Shown here: in pieces, positions 20,654 through 30,866 of the stretch
Layout: the number at the start of each line of letters is the position of its first letter
Numbering within the stretch: position 1 is the stretch's first letter
NCBI GenBank assembly: GCA_020721815.1
Contig: DYMA01000001.1
Location: 1 to 62,637, forward strand
DNA: 62,637 bases
Reading direction: 5' to 3'
From: Sulfurovum sp.
GTDB taxonomy: Bacteria; Campylobacterota; Campylobacteria; Campylobacterales; Sulfurovaceae
Notes under the pieces: generated by a model
What the model was told of the DNA's origin: nothing
Seen by the model: the letters and a program-made list of their open reading frames with translations, nothing else
Database searches by the model: none
Program-made: the position numbers and the translations under genes

Positions 20654-22267
20654 CTATCTTTCAAAAATTTTTGTGGCTATCGTTTGAGCATCGGCTTGGA
20701 TTGCAGCTAGATGCTCTGGGGAGATAAAACTCTCAGCATAAATTTTATAAACATCTTCTGTTCCCGAGGGGCGAATGGCAAACCAACCGTTAGCACTATT
20801 GACCTTTAAACCTCCAATGGCGTAACCGTTATCGGCTTTGGTAAGGATAGAGGTGATAGGCTCTCCTGCTAGAGTGGTTTGGGTTATATCACTGGCTTGA
20901 AGGTTTTTGAGCAGCTTTTTTTGTTGGCTATTGGCGGTGGCATCCATTCGAGCGTAGAGCGGTGTGCCAAATTTTTGCGTTAATTCTTGATAGTGAAGCG
21001 CAGGGTCTTTGCCTGTGGTGGCTAAAATTTCTGCTGCTAAAAGATTGAGAATGATACCATCTTTGTCGGTACTCCACACTTGAGCGTTTTTACGCAAGAA
21101 ACTCGCACCCGCACTCTCTTCACCTCCAAAGAATATCTCACCCTCCATTAGGGGCTTGACAAACCATTTGAATCCTACAGGGGTTTCAAAGAGTTTAGCT
21201 CCATGACTAGCAACAACCCTATCAATCATAGAACTGCTTACGAGCGTCTTGCCTACGCCCATGCTTTTAAAATCCCTTGTTTTGAGGAGATAATCAATGG
21301 CTACAGCAAGATAGTGATTGGGATTCATAAGCCCATGACTAGGCGTTACAATCCCGTGTCTATCGAAATCGGTATCGTTACCAAAAGCAATATCGTAGTG
21401 GTTTTTCATCTCAATGAGTCCCGCCATAGCGTAGGGACTAGAGCAATCCATTCGGATTTTGCCATCTTTGTCGCAGTGCATAAAAGAGAAGGTAAAATCG
21501 ACACTGTCGTGAAAAATCTCCATATTAAGACCGTAACGCTCTTTGATGGCACGGTAGTAGTTGAGTCCCGAACCTCCCATGGCATCGGCACCGATTTTGA
21601 TACCAGATTGTGCAATAGCCTCCATATCAATGATGTGTTGCAAATCCTCTACATAGGGAGTAATAAAATCGTAAGCTACCAAATATTCACTACGCAAAGC
21701 CTCTTCGTAAGCGATACGTTTCACCTCTGTAAGGTCATTTTCCAAAATAGCATTGGCTCTAGCTTGAATAAGGTCGGTAATGGCTACATCCGCAGGACCC
21801 CCGTCGGTGGCGTTGTATTTAAAGCCTCCATCGCTTGGAGGGTTGTGAGAAGGGGTAATGACAATCCCGTCGCTATTGGGATGTGTCAAGATAGCATGGG
21901 AGATAACGGGCGTGGGAGTATAGTCAAAATCTGTGGCGTAATAGGTAGTAATACCATTGGCAACGAGTACCTCTATCGCACTCCTATGGGCGGGTGTGGA
22001 GAGTGCGTGGGTATCCATCCCAATGAAGAGTTTGTCGTGTCCTTGGGCTTTGTGGTACTCTGCTACGGCTTGTGTCATGGCCAAAATATGGGCTTCGTTA
22101 AAGCTTTTTTGAGTTGAACTGCCTCGATGTCCCGATGTACCAAAGGCAACTGCGTGGGCTTGATTGTACCTATCGGGCGTTTGGATATAGTAATCGCTAA
22201 CGAGATTGGCAATATTTTCCAATATCTCCTTGGGGGCTATTTTTCCTGCGTTGGCGTGATGTGACAT
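20654..22267 (-). CDS. pgm: Phosphoglucomutase (alpha-D-glucose phosphate-specific)
   Basis: FGTSGHRG, phosphoserine loop ITPSHNPPSDGG, metal loop GNDTDFDRHG and GGEESAG. Start set at MSHHANAGK (22267) after AAAGGAGGAAAAA. Confidence 0.9.
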   Translation of the reverse strand: MSHHANAGKIAPKEILENIANLVSDYYIQTPDRYNQAHAVAFGTSGHRGSSTQKSFNEAHILAMTQAVAEYHKAQGHDKLFIGMDTHALSTPAHRSAIEVLVANGITTYYATDFDYTPTPVISHAILTHPNSDGIVITPSHNPPSDGGFKYNATDGGPADVAITDLIQARANAILENDLTEVKRIAYEEALRSEYLVAYDFITPYVEDLQHIIDMEAIAQSGIKIGADAMGGSGLNYYRAIKERYGLNMEIFHDSVDFTFSFMHCDKDGKIRMDCSSPYAMAGLIEMKNHYDIAFGNDTDFDRHGIVTPSHGLMNPNHYLAVAIDYLLKTRDFKSMGVGKTLVSSSMIDRVVASHGAKLFETPVGFKWFVKPLMEGEIFFGGEESAGASFLRKNAQVWSTDKDGIILNLLAAEILATTGKDPALHYQELTQKFGTPLYARMDATANSQQKKLLKNLQASDITQTTLAGEPITSILTKADNGYAIGGLKVNSANGWFAIRPSGTEDVYKIYAESFISPEHLAAIQADAQTIATKIFER

Positions 22268-22287
22268 TTTTTCCTCCTTTTTTACTA

Positions 22288-23634
22288 TTATAATACAATT
22301 ATGGTTGCAAACCAAAGAAAACTAAAAAAACCTATGATATCTATAAGCGTTAAAACAATAACTGAACTGGCAATAGCGGGGTCGTAATTGGCTTTTTTGA
22401 TTAAAACAGGAGTCAAAGTTCCCAACATACCCGCCATTGTAATGCTCAATAACATCGCCAATCCCATTGAAATGGAAATAAAAATATCATCAAAGCGTAT
22501 CTGTGTAACCATCGAAGCGATAGAACCAAAAATCAATCCATTACCTAAAGCCACTTTCATCTCTTTAATGAAGACAGGTTTGAGATTATTGAGATCAAGT
22601 TTACCTATTGCCATTTGACGAACCGTAACCGTCATGGTTTGTACCGACGCACTTCCTGCCATATTGGCAACGATTGGCATGAGTATCGCCAACGCAACAA
22701 TTTGATGAATGCTCTCTTCAAACATACCAATGACTATGGAGGCGATAGTGACATTGATGAGATTTATAAACAGCCATATTGCACGGCTCTTGGTGACATT
22801 TACATAGGTATCCTCTAGCTCTTCATTTTGATGGATTTTGCTTAAAGCATAGATTTGTCTCGTAGCACTCTCTTGCATGGTATCGACAATATCATCGTGG
22901 GTAATACGTCCAATAAGATGCCCCATTCTATCGACTACAGGCAAAGAGGATATATCGTATTTTTCGATTTTGCTTAAGACACTATCGATGCTATCGTGCG
23001 ATGTGATGGTGTGAGGGGTAGGGTATTTGTCGATAATTGCTTCAAATGTAGCGTCTCTTTTTTCCAAAATCAAATCATCCATGCCAATCGTTGTGAGCAA
23101 TTTATTGTGGCTATCGACGACAAAGAGATAGTAGATGTGACTTACACCTCGCTCTTTCAAGGCTCTTAGTTGTTCCAAACAACTCTCAATGGTTTGGCTC
23201 ACCTCTACCTTCAAAAGCTCCGTTTGCATAAGCGATCCCGCTTGATTTTCGGGATAGTGAATGAGCTGTTCAATGCTTTGTTGTTTTTTGTCGCTTAGGA
23301 GTCCAAAGACCTCTTCCTCTTTGGTTTTACTAACCGTTGCGATAGCTTGGATAAGGTCGGTAGCATCATCGCTCTCCAAAACCTCAATGAGTTTAGCAAG
23401 TTCCTCGGGGGAGTCTTGCTCGATAATCTCGACTTGATAGACATAGGGTAGCTCCAAAAAAGTTTTGGCTTTGAGTTGAGTGGGCAAAGAGTTGAGATAC
23501 TCCACAAAGCGTTTCTCATCCTCTCGTTTGACACTTTCAAGATAATCGGCTACATCGGCATCCTCAACTTTCACAGAGGGAGTATGCCCGTTGTTGATTT
23601 TTTTGATGTAGAGATCGACGGCTTTGAGATTCAT
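22288..23634 (-). CDS. mgtE: Magnesium transporter MgtE
   Basis: N-domain, tandem CBS domains and a C-terminal 5-TM MgtE domain (GNGLIFG..., PAIASSVIVLTLIDIIGF). Confidence 0.9.
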   Translation of the reverse strand: MNLKAVDLYIKKINNGHTPSVKVEDADVADYLESVKREDEKRFVEYLNSLPTQLKAKTFLELPYVYQVEIIEQDSPEELAKLIEVLESDDATDLIQAIATVSKTKEEEVFGLLSDKKQQSIEQLIHYPENQAGSLMQTELLKVEVSQTIESCLEQLRALKERGVSHIYYLFVVDSHNKLLTTIGMDDLILEKRDATFEAIIDKYPTPHTITSHDSIDSVLSKIEKYDISSLPVVDRMGHLIGRITHDDIVDTMQESATRQIYALSKIHQNEELEDTYVNVTKSRAIWLFINLINVTIASIVIGMFEESIHQIVALAILMPIVANMAGSASVQTMTVTVRQMAIGKLDLNNLKPVFIKEMKVALGNGLIFGSIASMVTQIRFDDIFISISMGLAMLLSITMAGMLGTLTPVLIKKANYDPAIASSVIVLTLIDIIGFFSFLWFATIIVL

Positions 23635-23656
23635 GCGTTGCTATACCTTTAGGTTT

Positions 23657-25336
23657 TTATAAAACACGAGGCGCTTCCCCAATATCTCGCTCAATAATGT
23701 ACATTTTGTTGTAGTATTGGTGTGCCATACGTCCCGAATCAAAAGCGGGTATTACATCGGTCAAAGAGCGTTTCATCATCTCTATCCAACGCTCTTGATT
23801 GTCGTAGTAGATAGGAGCGACTTGATTTTCCAAAATATTCATCAAGTTTTCGTTGTCCATACGATCTTGTTCATCGATAGAGAGTTCGCTTGAAACGGGT
23901 GCAATGGTGAAAGAGTTTACCTCTTCGATGCTGTATTCAGGATGCCACCCATCGGCAACGGAGAGATTGATAGCACCATTCATTGCTGCACTCATACCGC
24001 TTGTCCCACTCGCTTCCCTTGTAATTCTAGGGGTATTGAGCCACACATCAGCCCCTTTTTTGAGCAGCATCGAAAGTCCCAACTCATACCCTACCAATAC
24101 CGCTACATTTTTGTAGCTTCGAGAGATGTAGTTGAGTTCATTGAAGAGATTAATCGCTTGGGTATCAAAAGGATAGGGCTTACCTGCCCAAATAAGCTGT
24201 ACGGGATACTTAGCATTGTTTACAAAACGCTCAAAACGCTCTAAGTCGTATTTGAGCAATCCTGGACGCTTATACTCCGCAAAACGTCTTGCCCATACGA
24301 TAGTAAGAACATTGGGATCAAACATCTTGCCCGTTTGGTTGGCTACTTCAACAAAGAGCATACGTTTAAGGTGCTTTTTGCGAGCCTCTAGTTCATAATC
24401 CTCATGCTCATCAAGTGCTTTAAGAAGTCCTTTATCCGCCCAATAGCGTCGATTTTGTGCGTTGGTAATGTAGGTGATAGGACAACGCCCCTCAATGTGT
24501 GACCACATTTTGTTGGAGACATCGCAATGGATTTTGGATACTGCATTGGCAATTTTGGCTAGTTTCAAAGCCCCTACCGTCAAGCTAAACATATCTCCAT
24601 AAATCCCCGTAATCTCTCGTACGGTTTCGAGTGGGAGTGAATTAAAAAAGCCCATTTTGCACAACAAATGAATATCGTGTTCTTCGTTTCCTGCTTTTTC
24701 GGGTGTATGGGTGGTGAAGACTACTTTTTGACGAACTTGCTCAATATCTTTGTATTTGTGCATAAGTTCAAAAACCATAGGCAAGGAGTGTCCCTCATTC
24801 ATGTGATAGATTTCGATAGTTTGTTCGAGTGCTTCAAGGACTTTGACACCGCCAATACCCAAAACAATCTCTTGAGCGATACGGGTTTCGGTATTGTGGT
24901 CGTAGAGCTTGTGGGTAATGGTACGAGAGAGATAATCATTCTCCTCCACATCGGTTGTAAGAAGCAACATAGGAGCGGTACTAAAGGTCTCACTGGGCAA
25001 CAACAAAGCCTTAACCACTACATTTTTGCCGTTGATATTGACCGTGACGCTAATGCCTGTATCTTCTAAAAAATAGTAGCGTTTACGTCGAAATTTAGCT
25101 ACCAAATTGCGGTCTTCGTCTCGCTCTTGGTCGTAATAGCCGTAGCTCCATAAAATTCCAACACCCAAAATATTTTGTTGCAAATCGTAAGCACTGTGCA
25201 TATGCGAACCTGCCAAAAATCCTAATCCGCCTGAGTAAATCTTAAGTGCTTGATGGATAGCAAACTCCATCGAAAAGTAGGCAACGCTTTTGGAATATTT
25301 TTTATCTATCGTGTAACTGTGTAGATGTTTTTTCAT
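23657..25336 (-). CDS. glgP: Alpha-glucan (glycogen/maltodextrin) phosphorylase, short GT35 family
   Basis: YFSMEFA..GGLGFLAGSH N-terminus and EASGTSGMSAAMNG in place of the PLP-Lys loop E-A-S-G-T-S-x-M-K. 559 aa. Confidence 0.85.
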   Translation of the reverse strand: MKKHLHSYTIDKKYSKSVAYFSMEFAIHQALKIYSGGLGFLAGSHMHSAYDLQQNILGVGILWSYGYYDQERDEDRNLVAKFRRKRYYFLEDTGISVTVNINGKNVVVKALLLPSETFSTAPMLLLTTDVEENDYLSRTITHKLYDHNTETRIAQEIVLGIGGVKVLEALEQTIEIYHMNEGHSLPMVFELMHKYKDIEQVRQKVVFTTHTPEKAGNEEHDIHLLCKMGFFNSLPLETVREITGIYGDMFSLTVGALKLAKIANAVSKIHCDVSNKMWSHIEGRCPITYITNAQNRRYWADKGLLKALDEHEDYELEARKKHLKRMLFVEVANQTGKMFDPNVLTIVWARRFAEYKRPGLLKYDLERFERFVNNAKYPVQLIWAGKPYPFDTQAINLFNELNYISRSYKNVAVLVGYELGLSMLLKKGADVWLNTPRITREASGTSGMSAAMNGAINLSVADGWHPEYSIEEVNSFTIAPVSSELSIDEQDRMDNENLMNILENQVAPIYYDNQERWIEMMKRSLTDVIPAFDSGRMAHQYYNKMYIIERDIGEAPRVL

Positions 25337-26163
25337 TTTTTCTCCTGTTTTAGTAATAATTTAGCGCCCTCAAGGCAACCCTCTTTGGAGATACTTAGCT
25401 CAATCTTTGGAGCTTTTCGCACTCTCCTAAAAGGACTTTGTTCATAGCACTCTTTTAAAAAGCCTATCAAATGTGGATTGTTTTGCATCACGCTCCCCCC
25501 ATAGATAAATCTATCGGGATCAAAGAGACTCAATAGTGTCAAAAACGAATGCTCTAAAGCATCCAAAAAGTTTCGGTGTATTGTATCACCTTTTGGTTTC
25601 GATTTAATATCCTCTAGCCTAAATTCCTCCAATTCCAATCCGTAATGCTCCGACCATAGCTCCAACGCTTTGCCGCTTAAACTAAGCTCCAAACAGTCGT
25701 TTCGACCGCATCCGCACACAAAAGGAGTCGCACGAAAAGGCGTATGACCAATCTCCCCCGCAAAGTTGTTGGCTCCTCCAATAATCTTGCCTTGATGCAC
25801 CAAAGCCCCTCCAAAACCTGTCCCGACATAGAGTACAGCTAGTGTATTGGCATGAGGATTGAGAGAGGCTTCGTAGAGGGCGGCACACTTTAGATCGTTG
25901 TCAATAACCAAAGGAGTAGCGTAACGCTCCTCGATAATTTTTTGAATGGGAAGATTGCACAAAGCGATATTGGGAGCTGATAGAATCACCCCATTGCGTA
26001 CCTGTCCTGCAAAGGAGATGGCGATACTCTCAATAGGGTATTGCGCTATCGTCTCTTCCAAAAAGAGCATCAAATCGACACTTTGCGTCTCAAGAGCTAC
26101 AATGGGATGGGTATCAAGCTGATAGCGAAAGTTGCTCCCACCGTAGTCAATGGTCAAAATCAC
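25333..26163 (-). CDS. ROK-family glucokinase
   Basis: IDYGGSNFR ATP motif, GTGFGGAL and the ROK zinc motif CGCGRNDCLE. Confidence 0.75.
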   Translation of the reverse strand: MILTIDYGGSNFRYQLDTHPIVALETQSVDLMLFLEETIAQYPIESIAISFAGQVRNGVILSAPNIALCNLPIQKIIEERYATPLVIDNDLKCAALYEASLNPHANTLAVLYVGTGFGGALVHQGKIIGGANNFAGEIGHTPFRATPFVCGCGRNDCLELSLSGKALELWSEHYGLELEEFRLEDIKSKPKGDTIHRNFLDALEHSFLTLLSLFDPDRFIYGGSVMQNNPHLIGFLKECYEQSPFRRVRKAPKIELSISKEGCLEGAKLLLKQEKK

Positions 26164-27591
26164 CTACGCTCCTTGATAGAGTTTGACATACTCAAGAGCC
26201 GAGAGTTTCCATGAGTTATCAACTTCCATATTGTGTTTGGAGAGGGCTTTAAACTTCTCACTGTTGGCATAGAGCGAAAGTGCCTTGGCTATAGCATGAA
26301 GCAACCAATAGAGGTTGTGTTCACCAAAGGTAATGCCAATGCCTTGGATGTTTTGCCTATCAAAGGCATCGGTAAAATCGGTGACGGTATCGTGCAACCC
26401 GCCTGTTTTGGAGACAATGGGCAAAGTGCCATAACGCATAGCTATCATTTGATTGAGACCGCAAGGCTCAAAGGTGGAGGGCATCAACAAAAAATCGGCA
26501 CTGGCATAGAGTCTATGGCTCAACGCCTCATCGTAGCGTACTTCAATGTGAATATTGCTAAAGTTGTGCGCCAAAACAGCAAAACGGTGATTGTAGTACT
26601 CCTCGCCGCTTCCCAAAATAACAAAATTGGCTTCAAAATCTTTGAAGAGATTGAGACCATCAAGGAGCAAATCAACCCCCTTTTGTGAGGTAAAACGTCC
26701 AATAAAAACAAAAAGCGGACGCTGAGGTTCAGGCAATCCCAACGCCTCACAAAGTGCTATTTTGTTGTCGCTTTTGCCTTTGTAGCGTTTGGTTGAGAAG
26801 GTTTTGTAGAGATCTTTGTCTTTTTTGGGGTCATAAATTTCGGTGCTTATGCCGTTTACGATACCTACCAATTTATAGGTATTGAGCCGCAAGACATGAT
26901 CCAAACCGTAACCAAAAAGCGGGGTTTGTATCTCGTGGGCGTAAGTTTTACTTACCGTTGTGACGACATCACTGTAAAAAATCCCTGCTTTTAGGAAATT
27001 GACACTATCAAAATACTCCAACCCCTCAGGCTTAAAACACTTCTCCCAATCAATCTCCAAATCGTACATGAGTTCTTTGGAAAATATCCCTTGGTAGGCG
27101 AGATTGTGAATGGTAAGAATGGTTCGAGTATCAAGCTTGTAGCGTGTCTTAATAAGCAACGCCACCAAAGCACTTTGCCAATCGTTGATGTGCAAAACCT
27201 CAACTTTGAGTTTTTGGCGAATCATCACCTCAAGCACGGCGTAGCTAAAGAGTCCAAAACGCAAACCATTATCGCCAAACTCTCCGTTGGCATCGTGATA
27301 AAGCCCCATTCTATCGCAAATGATAGGATTGTAAACAAACAAATCATGGGGAGCATCTTCACTGTAAAACACGTCAAATTGGTGACGAACCCCCCTAAGC
27401 CAATAATCAAAACTAAGGCCGCTAAAAACAATCTTGTATTTGGCTCTATCGACGATATGGTAGAGTGGCATAATCGTATAGACGGTGTGTTTTTCTTTGC
27501 GTAAAGCATCGGGCAGGGCGTGTGCCACATCGGCTAAGCCACCACTTTTGGCGTAAGGAAATATCTCACTTGCTGCAAATAGTATGTTCAT
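26164..27591 (-). CDS. glgA: Glycogen synthase (GT5, ADP-glucose type)
   Basis: FAASEIFPYAKSGGLADV signature and C-terminal PSTFEPCGLNQM. Confidence 0.92.
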   Translation of the reverse strand: MNILFAASEIFPYAKSGGLADVAHALPDALRKEKHTVYTIMPLYHIVDRAKYKIVFSGLSFDYWLRGVRHQFDVFYSEDAPHDLFVYNPIICDRMGLYHDANGEFGDNGLRFGLFSYAVLEVMIRQKLKVEVLHINDWQSALVALLIKTRYKLDTRTILTIHNLAYQGIFSKELMYDLEIDWEKCFKPEGLEYFDSVNFLKAGIFYSDVVTTVSKTYAHEIQTPLFGYGLDHVLRLNTYKLVGIVNGISTEIYDPKKDKDLYKTFSTKRYKGKSDNKIALCEALGLPEPQRPLFVFIGRFTSQKGVDLLLDGLNLFKDFEANFVILGSGEEYYNHRFAVLAHNFSNIHIEVRYDEALSHRLYASADFLLMPSTFEPCGLNQMIAMRYGTLPIVSKTGGLHDTVTDFTDAFDRQNIQGIGITFGEHNLYWLLHAIAKALSLYANSEKFKALSKHNMEVDNSWKLSALEYVKLYQGA

Positions 27592-28580
27592 TCGTAACCC
27601 TCCTTGTAGGTTTTTGCTGCCTTATCGGGCATAACGACGTTGATATGGATATTGCTATCGAGTTCAAATCCTGCTATCTTGTAAATCCTAGGAATTATAT
27701 CAATATAAAAGCGATAGTACTCTTTTGTGGTGGATGAGTAGTCACGGTAGGGGGCGTTTTTGATAATCATATTAAATGAAACCTCGCCTAATGCTTTGTG
27801 AAATTTTTTAAAAAACTCATGGAGTATATCACTGAGCGACGCAATATGATTGGGCTCAAATTCAATAAGCGACGAGAGCCTCTTTTTGGCTACAATTTTC
27901 ACTTGAAAAGCGTGTTGCGAAGCGTAGGGACAAAAGACCAAAAAATCGCTGTTTTCGATAATAATATTTTTGTCGTATTGCTGCTCTTCGTAGAGCAAAT
28001 CATCCAAAAAGGCTCTTTTGTGTCTTTGATAGTAGGCTTTTTTGTACTCAATCAAATGAGCCAGTTGCGACGAAATGTAAGGCAACGCCATAATTTGCGT
28101 ATGGGAGTGATAGAGTGAAGCCCCTGCGTTTTCGCCTTGGTTTTTGAAGATGCTCAAATGGGCAAGGCGTTTATCGTTTTTGAGACTTGTGAGGCGTTTT
28201 TGGATCATAGTAAGGTAATTGACAAACTCATTGTAGTCATAATCCCATATCTGCTTATGATGGTGAGGCGTTTCGACGATAACCTCATGCGCCCCAAACC
28301 CGCTCATTTTTTCAAAGTAGTAATCTTTGCTTGAAGAGGGGGCATGGTCAATAGAGAGGGCGTTGTAGAGATTGGGGACAACTCGGCATTGCCACTCGCC
28401 TTTTTGATCGATTCGGTCAATCTCATGGGGGGTATATTCCTCTTTGCCTCTATCAAAAGGGCACTCCTCTTCCTCTTTTCGCAAAGTGTGTTGCGAAGTA
28501 AAATAGATAGGACGCTTAAGCCGTTCGGGGGCAAACAGTGTCCACTCTTGTGTAAATTTGCAATATCTAAATTCTGACAC
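27588..28580 (-). CDS. galT: GalT-family HIT nucleotidyltransferase (galactose-1-P uridylyltransferase / ADP-glucose phosphorylase-like)
   Basis: CPFDRGKE zinc-knuckle remnant and the H-x-H-x-Q active site in SLYHSHTQIMALP. Confidence 0.75.
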   Translation of the reverse strand: MSEFRYCKFTQEWTLFAPERLKRPIYFTSQHTLRKEEEECPFDRGKEEYTPHEIDRIDQKGEWQCRVVPNLYNALSIDHAPSSSKDYYFEKMSGFGAHEVIVETPHHHKQIWDYDYNEFVNYLTMIQKRLTSLKNDKRLAHLSIFKNQGENAGASLYHSHTQIMALPYISSQLAHLIEYKKAYYQRHKRAFLDDLLYEEQQYDKNIIIENSDFLVFCPYASQHAFQVKIVAKKRLSSLIEFEPNHIASLSDILHEFFKKFHKALGEVSFNMIIKNAPYRDYSSTTKEYYRFYIDIIPRIYKIAGFELDSNIHINVVMPDKAAKTYKEGYE

Positions 28581-28593
28581 GCTCTCTCCTGCC

Positions 28594-30684
28594 TTATATA
28601 TACCATTTTTTCAAATTAAAATTCTCAAAACCCAGCACAACATCCTCATAGAGTGGGGACTTTTGCTCAACCTTTCCATTTACAATCAATTTGCATGAAA
28701 ATTTCGCTTGGTTTGCCATACACGCATAGATTTTGATCTCTATAGTCTCTCCATAACCACTCACAATCTGTTTGGCATTGATACTCATCTCATGAATGCC
28801 TTGATAAATGGGTATCTCAAATGCCTTATCGTCGCAATAGAGCATCAAAAGTATATCTTCACTAAGATTTTTTAGCTTTTTGCCTCTAAAGGCAAAGTAG
28901 AGCGATTGGTCTCTATCTTTGCCGTAAAAAATCTCCTCAACAAAAAGCGTCGTACTCATCGTACTAAGTTCTCGCCTCAAATCAATATAACCGCTGTTGA
29001 GCCACTCATAAAAGTTGTTGGTATTTCCATTGATTTGGGGCGAGATGTAGTCTTGGGGTGCGATATGAAAACATTGCGTTTTCTTTTGCGTTACAATAGG
29101 GGCAAAGATTTGCGAGGGGACGCTTTCATTCATCAAGAGATAGATGTTTTTAAGATGCCCTCGAAACTGCTCATCAAACTGCGAAGCGTAAGCGGTGAAG
29201 TGATCATCACCATACCACCAAAACCAATCGCTCCCCAAAGCAATCATAAACTCCTCATCTATCGCAGCTTGTGTGGTCGCATCAAAGTTGTTTTTGAGCC
29301 TATCGTAGAGATTTTTGGTACCATCAAGCAGCTCCCACGCCAAATTTTTGTCACGGCTACCTATCCATATATCAAAATTACCGTTGATCCAACTCCCACT
29401 TGCAATGGTATCAAGAGAGCCAACGGCAAGTTGAGGATACTCTTCAATCTCATCGTACAAGAGCGTTTGACACCACTCCTCTTGTGCTAACATCGTATAT
29501 AAAGCATCAAAAAAGTCCATGGCGTTGTTGGGATAAAACTCCCATGCGTTTTCGCCGTCTAAGATAATCGAAACCACCATCGAATCGTGTCCGCTAAGAT
29601 AGATGTTGCGTAGATGCTCGACAAAGTGCCGTGCTGCCTCTTTGGGGTCTTTGCGTGAGTACTCAAAGCCTATCAAATCGCTTAGATAGTGGTCTCTAAA
29701 GAAGAGATGGATGCTTTTACCCTCCTTGGAGGTGTAGGCATAGGGCTTGAAGAGTTCGTTTCGATGAATGCTTTTGAGACTTTTAAACAAAATCGCCTCA
29801 TCGCTGCACGCCCACTTGATACCCTTGTCAATCAAAAGTTCAAGAGTGGCTTGACTCACACTCCCCTCAGATGGCCAAATGCCTTTGGGTTTGTGACCAA
29901 ACAGCTCCTCATAGAGCTTGATAGCACGGCTCATATTGAGAGCGGCGTACTCTTGATAGGAGGCTTCGCTTCGGGGCAATACAACACTCGCTTTTGCCTC
30001 TTTGGCACTCTTGCGATCCATCAAAAGTGGCAAAATAGGGTGGTAATAGGGGGTGGTTGAGATGGCGATTTGTTTTTTGGTGCTTAGATTTTTGTAGTAG
30101 GGGATTACTTTTTCCATAAAGTTCAAAAGTGCATCAATCAATGCGATTTTTTGAGCATGTTTAAATCCTCTCTCTTGGGTCAAAAACTCTTGAACAATGC
30201 GAGAATTTTGACGCAGATAGTTGCCGCACCAACTGAGCAAAAAAAGCACTTGTGCATCGAGTATCTCGGCGTGTGAAAAGTTTTTGAGAGTCCGTTCGTT
30301 GCCAACGTATTTAAGATAGAGTTCATAATAGCGACCCAAAGGTTTAATCATCTGATCAACATTGGCAGCAAAAATATAGCTCCCCAAAAGAGCCAAATCG
30401 TTTTGGTTGAGCGACATAATATCGTATTTGAGTGTGGTAATAAGCTTATCTTTGGATTTATCTTGGCAATAGCTCTCAATTTGTTCAAGCAAAGAGGGAA
30501 CAAGATTAAAAGTAGCCTTAATGGTAGGGTGTTTGCTAAGATACCACGGCATATCGTAGTAGTCTTTGATAGTGTGCAAAAATACCCACGGCATAAGCGT
30601 AGCATTGGCTTGTGAATCCTTATAATAAGGCTGGTGCATATGCCACAAAAAGGCAAGATAGAGTTTTTTCATCTGTATATCCAT
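28594..30684 (-). CDS. GH57-family glycoside hydrolase (alpha-amylase/amylopullulanase-like)
   Basis: GH57 regions WHMHQPYY, IWPSEGSV and ILDGENAWEF. The start is either 30684 or 30672 (MKKLYLAF...). Confidence 0.75.
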   Translation of the reverse strand: MDIQMKKLYLAFLWHMHQPYYKDSQANATLMPWVFLHTIKDYYDMPWYLSKHPTIKATFNLVPSLLEQIESYCQDKSKDKLITTLKYDIMSLNQNDLALLGSYIFAANVDQMIKPLGRYYELYLKYVGNERTLKNFSHAEILDAQVLFLLSWCGNYLRQNSRIVQEFLTQERGFKHAQKIALIDALLNFMEKVIPYYKNLSTKKQIAISTTPYYHPILPLLMDRKSAKEAKASVVLPRSEASYQEYAALNMSRAIKLYEELFGHKPKGIWPSEGSVSQATLELLIDKGIKWACSDEAILFKSLKSIHRNELFKPYAYTSKEGKSIHLFFRDHYLSDLIGFEYSRKDPKEAARHFVEHLRNIYLSGHDSMVVSIILDGENAWEFYPNNAMDFFDALYTMLAQEEWCQTLLYDEIEEYPQLAVGSLDTIASGSWINGNFDIWIGSRDKNLAWELLDGTKNLYDRLKNNFDATTQAAIDEEFMIALGSDWFWWYGDDHFTAYASQFDEQFRGHLKNIYLLMNESVPSQIFAPIVTQKKTQCFHIAPQDYISPQINGNTNNFYEWLNSGYIDLRRELSTMSTTLFVEEIFYGKDRDQSLYFAFRGKKLKNLSEDILLMLYCDDKAFEIPIYQGIHEMSINAKQIVSGYGETIEIKIYACMANQAKFSCKLIVNGKVEQKSPLYEDVVLGFENFNLKKWYI

Positions 30685-30693
30685 TTTTTACTA

Positions 30694-30838
30694 CTCGCTC
30701 CACCTCTTCCTAAGAGTGTGAAATAACTGCTAAAAAAGTGCTTCGACAAGCTCAGCACGAACGGTTTTACGCTATCCGTTCACCCTGAGCCTAGTCGAAG
30801 GGTTTATTTTTTCGCACTCTCTTCTGAGGCGGAGCGAG
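30694..30838 (+). repeat. Nested palindromic repeat, subfamily 1, copy A (REP/MITE-like)
   Basis: ctcgctccacctc...cttcgacaagctcagcacgaacgg-N11-ccgttcaccctgagcctagtcgaagg...gaggcggagcgag. Near-identical to 49090-49234 in the same orientation. Confidence 0.9.
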
Positions 30839-30866
30839 AAAGCTTTGCCTTTTGTGATAAAAGGTT

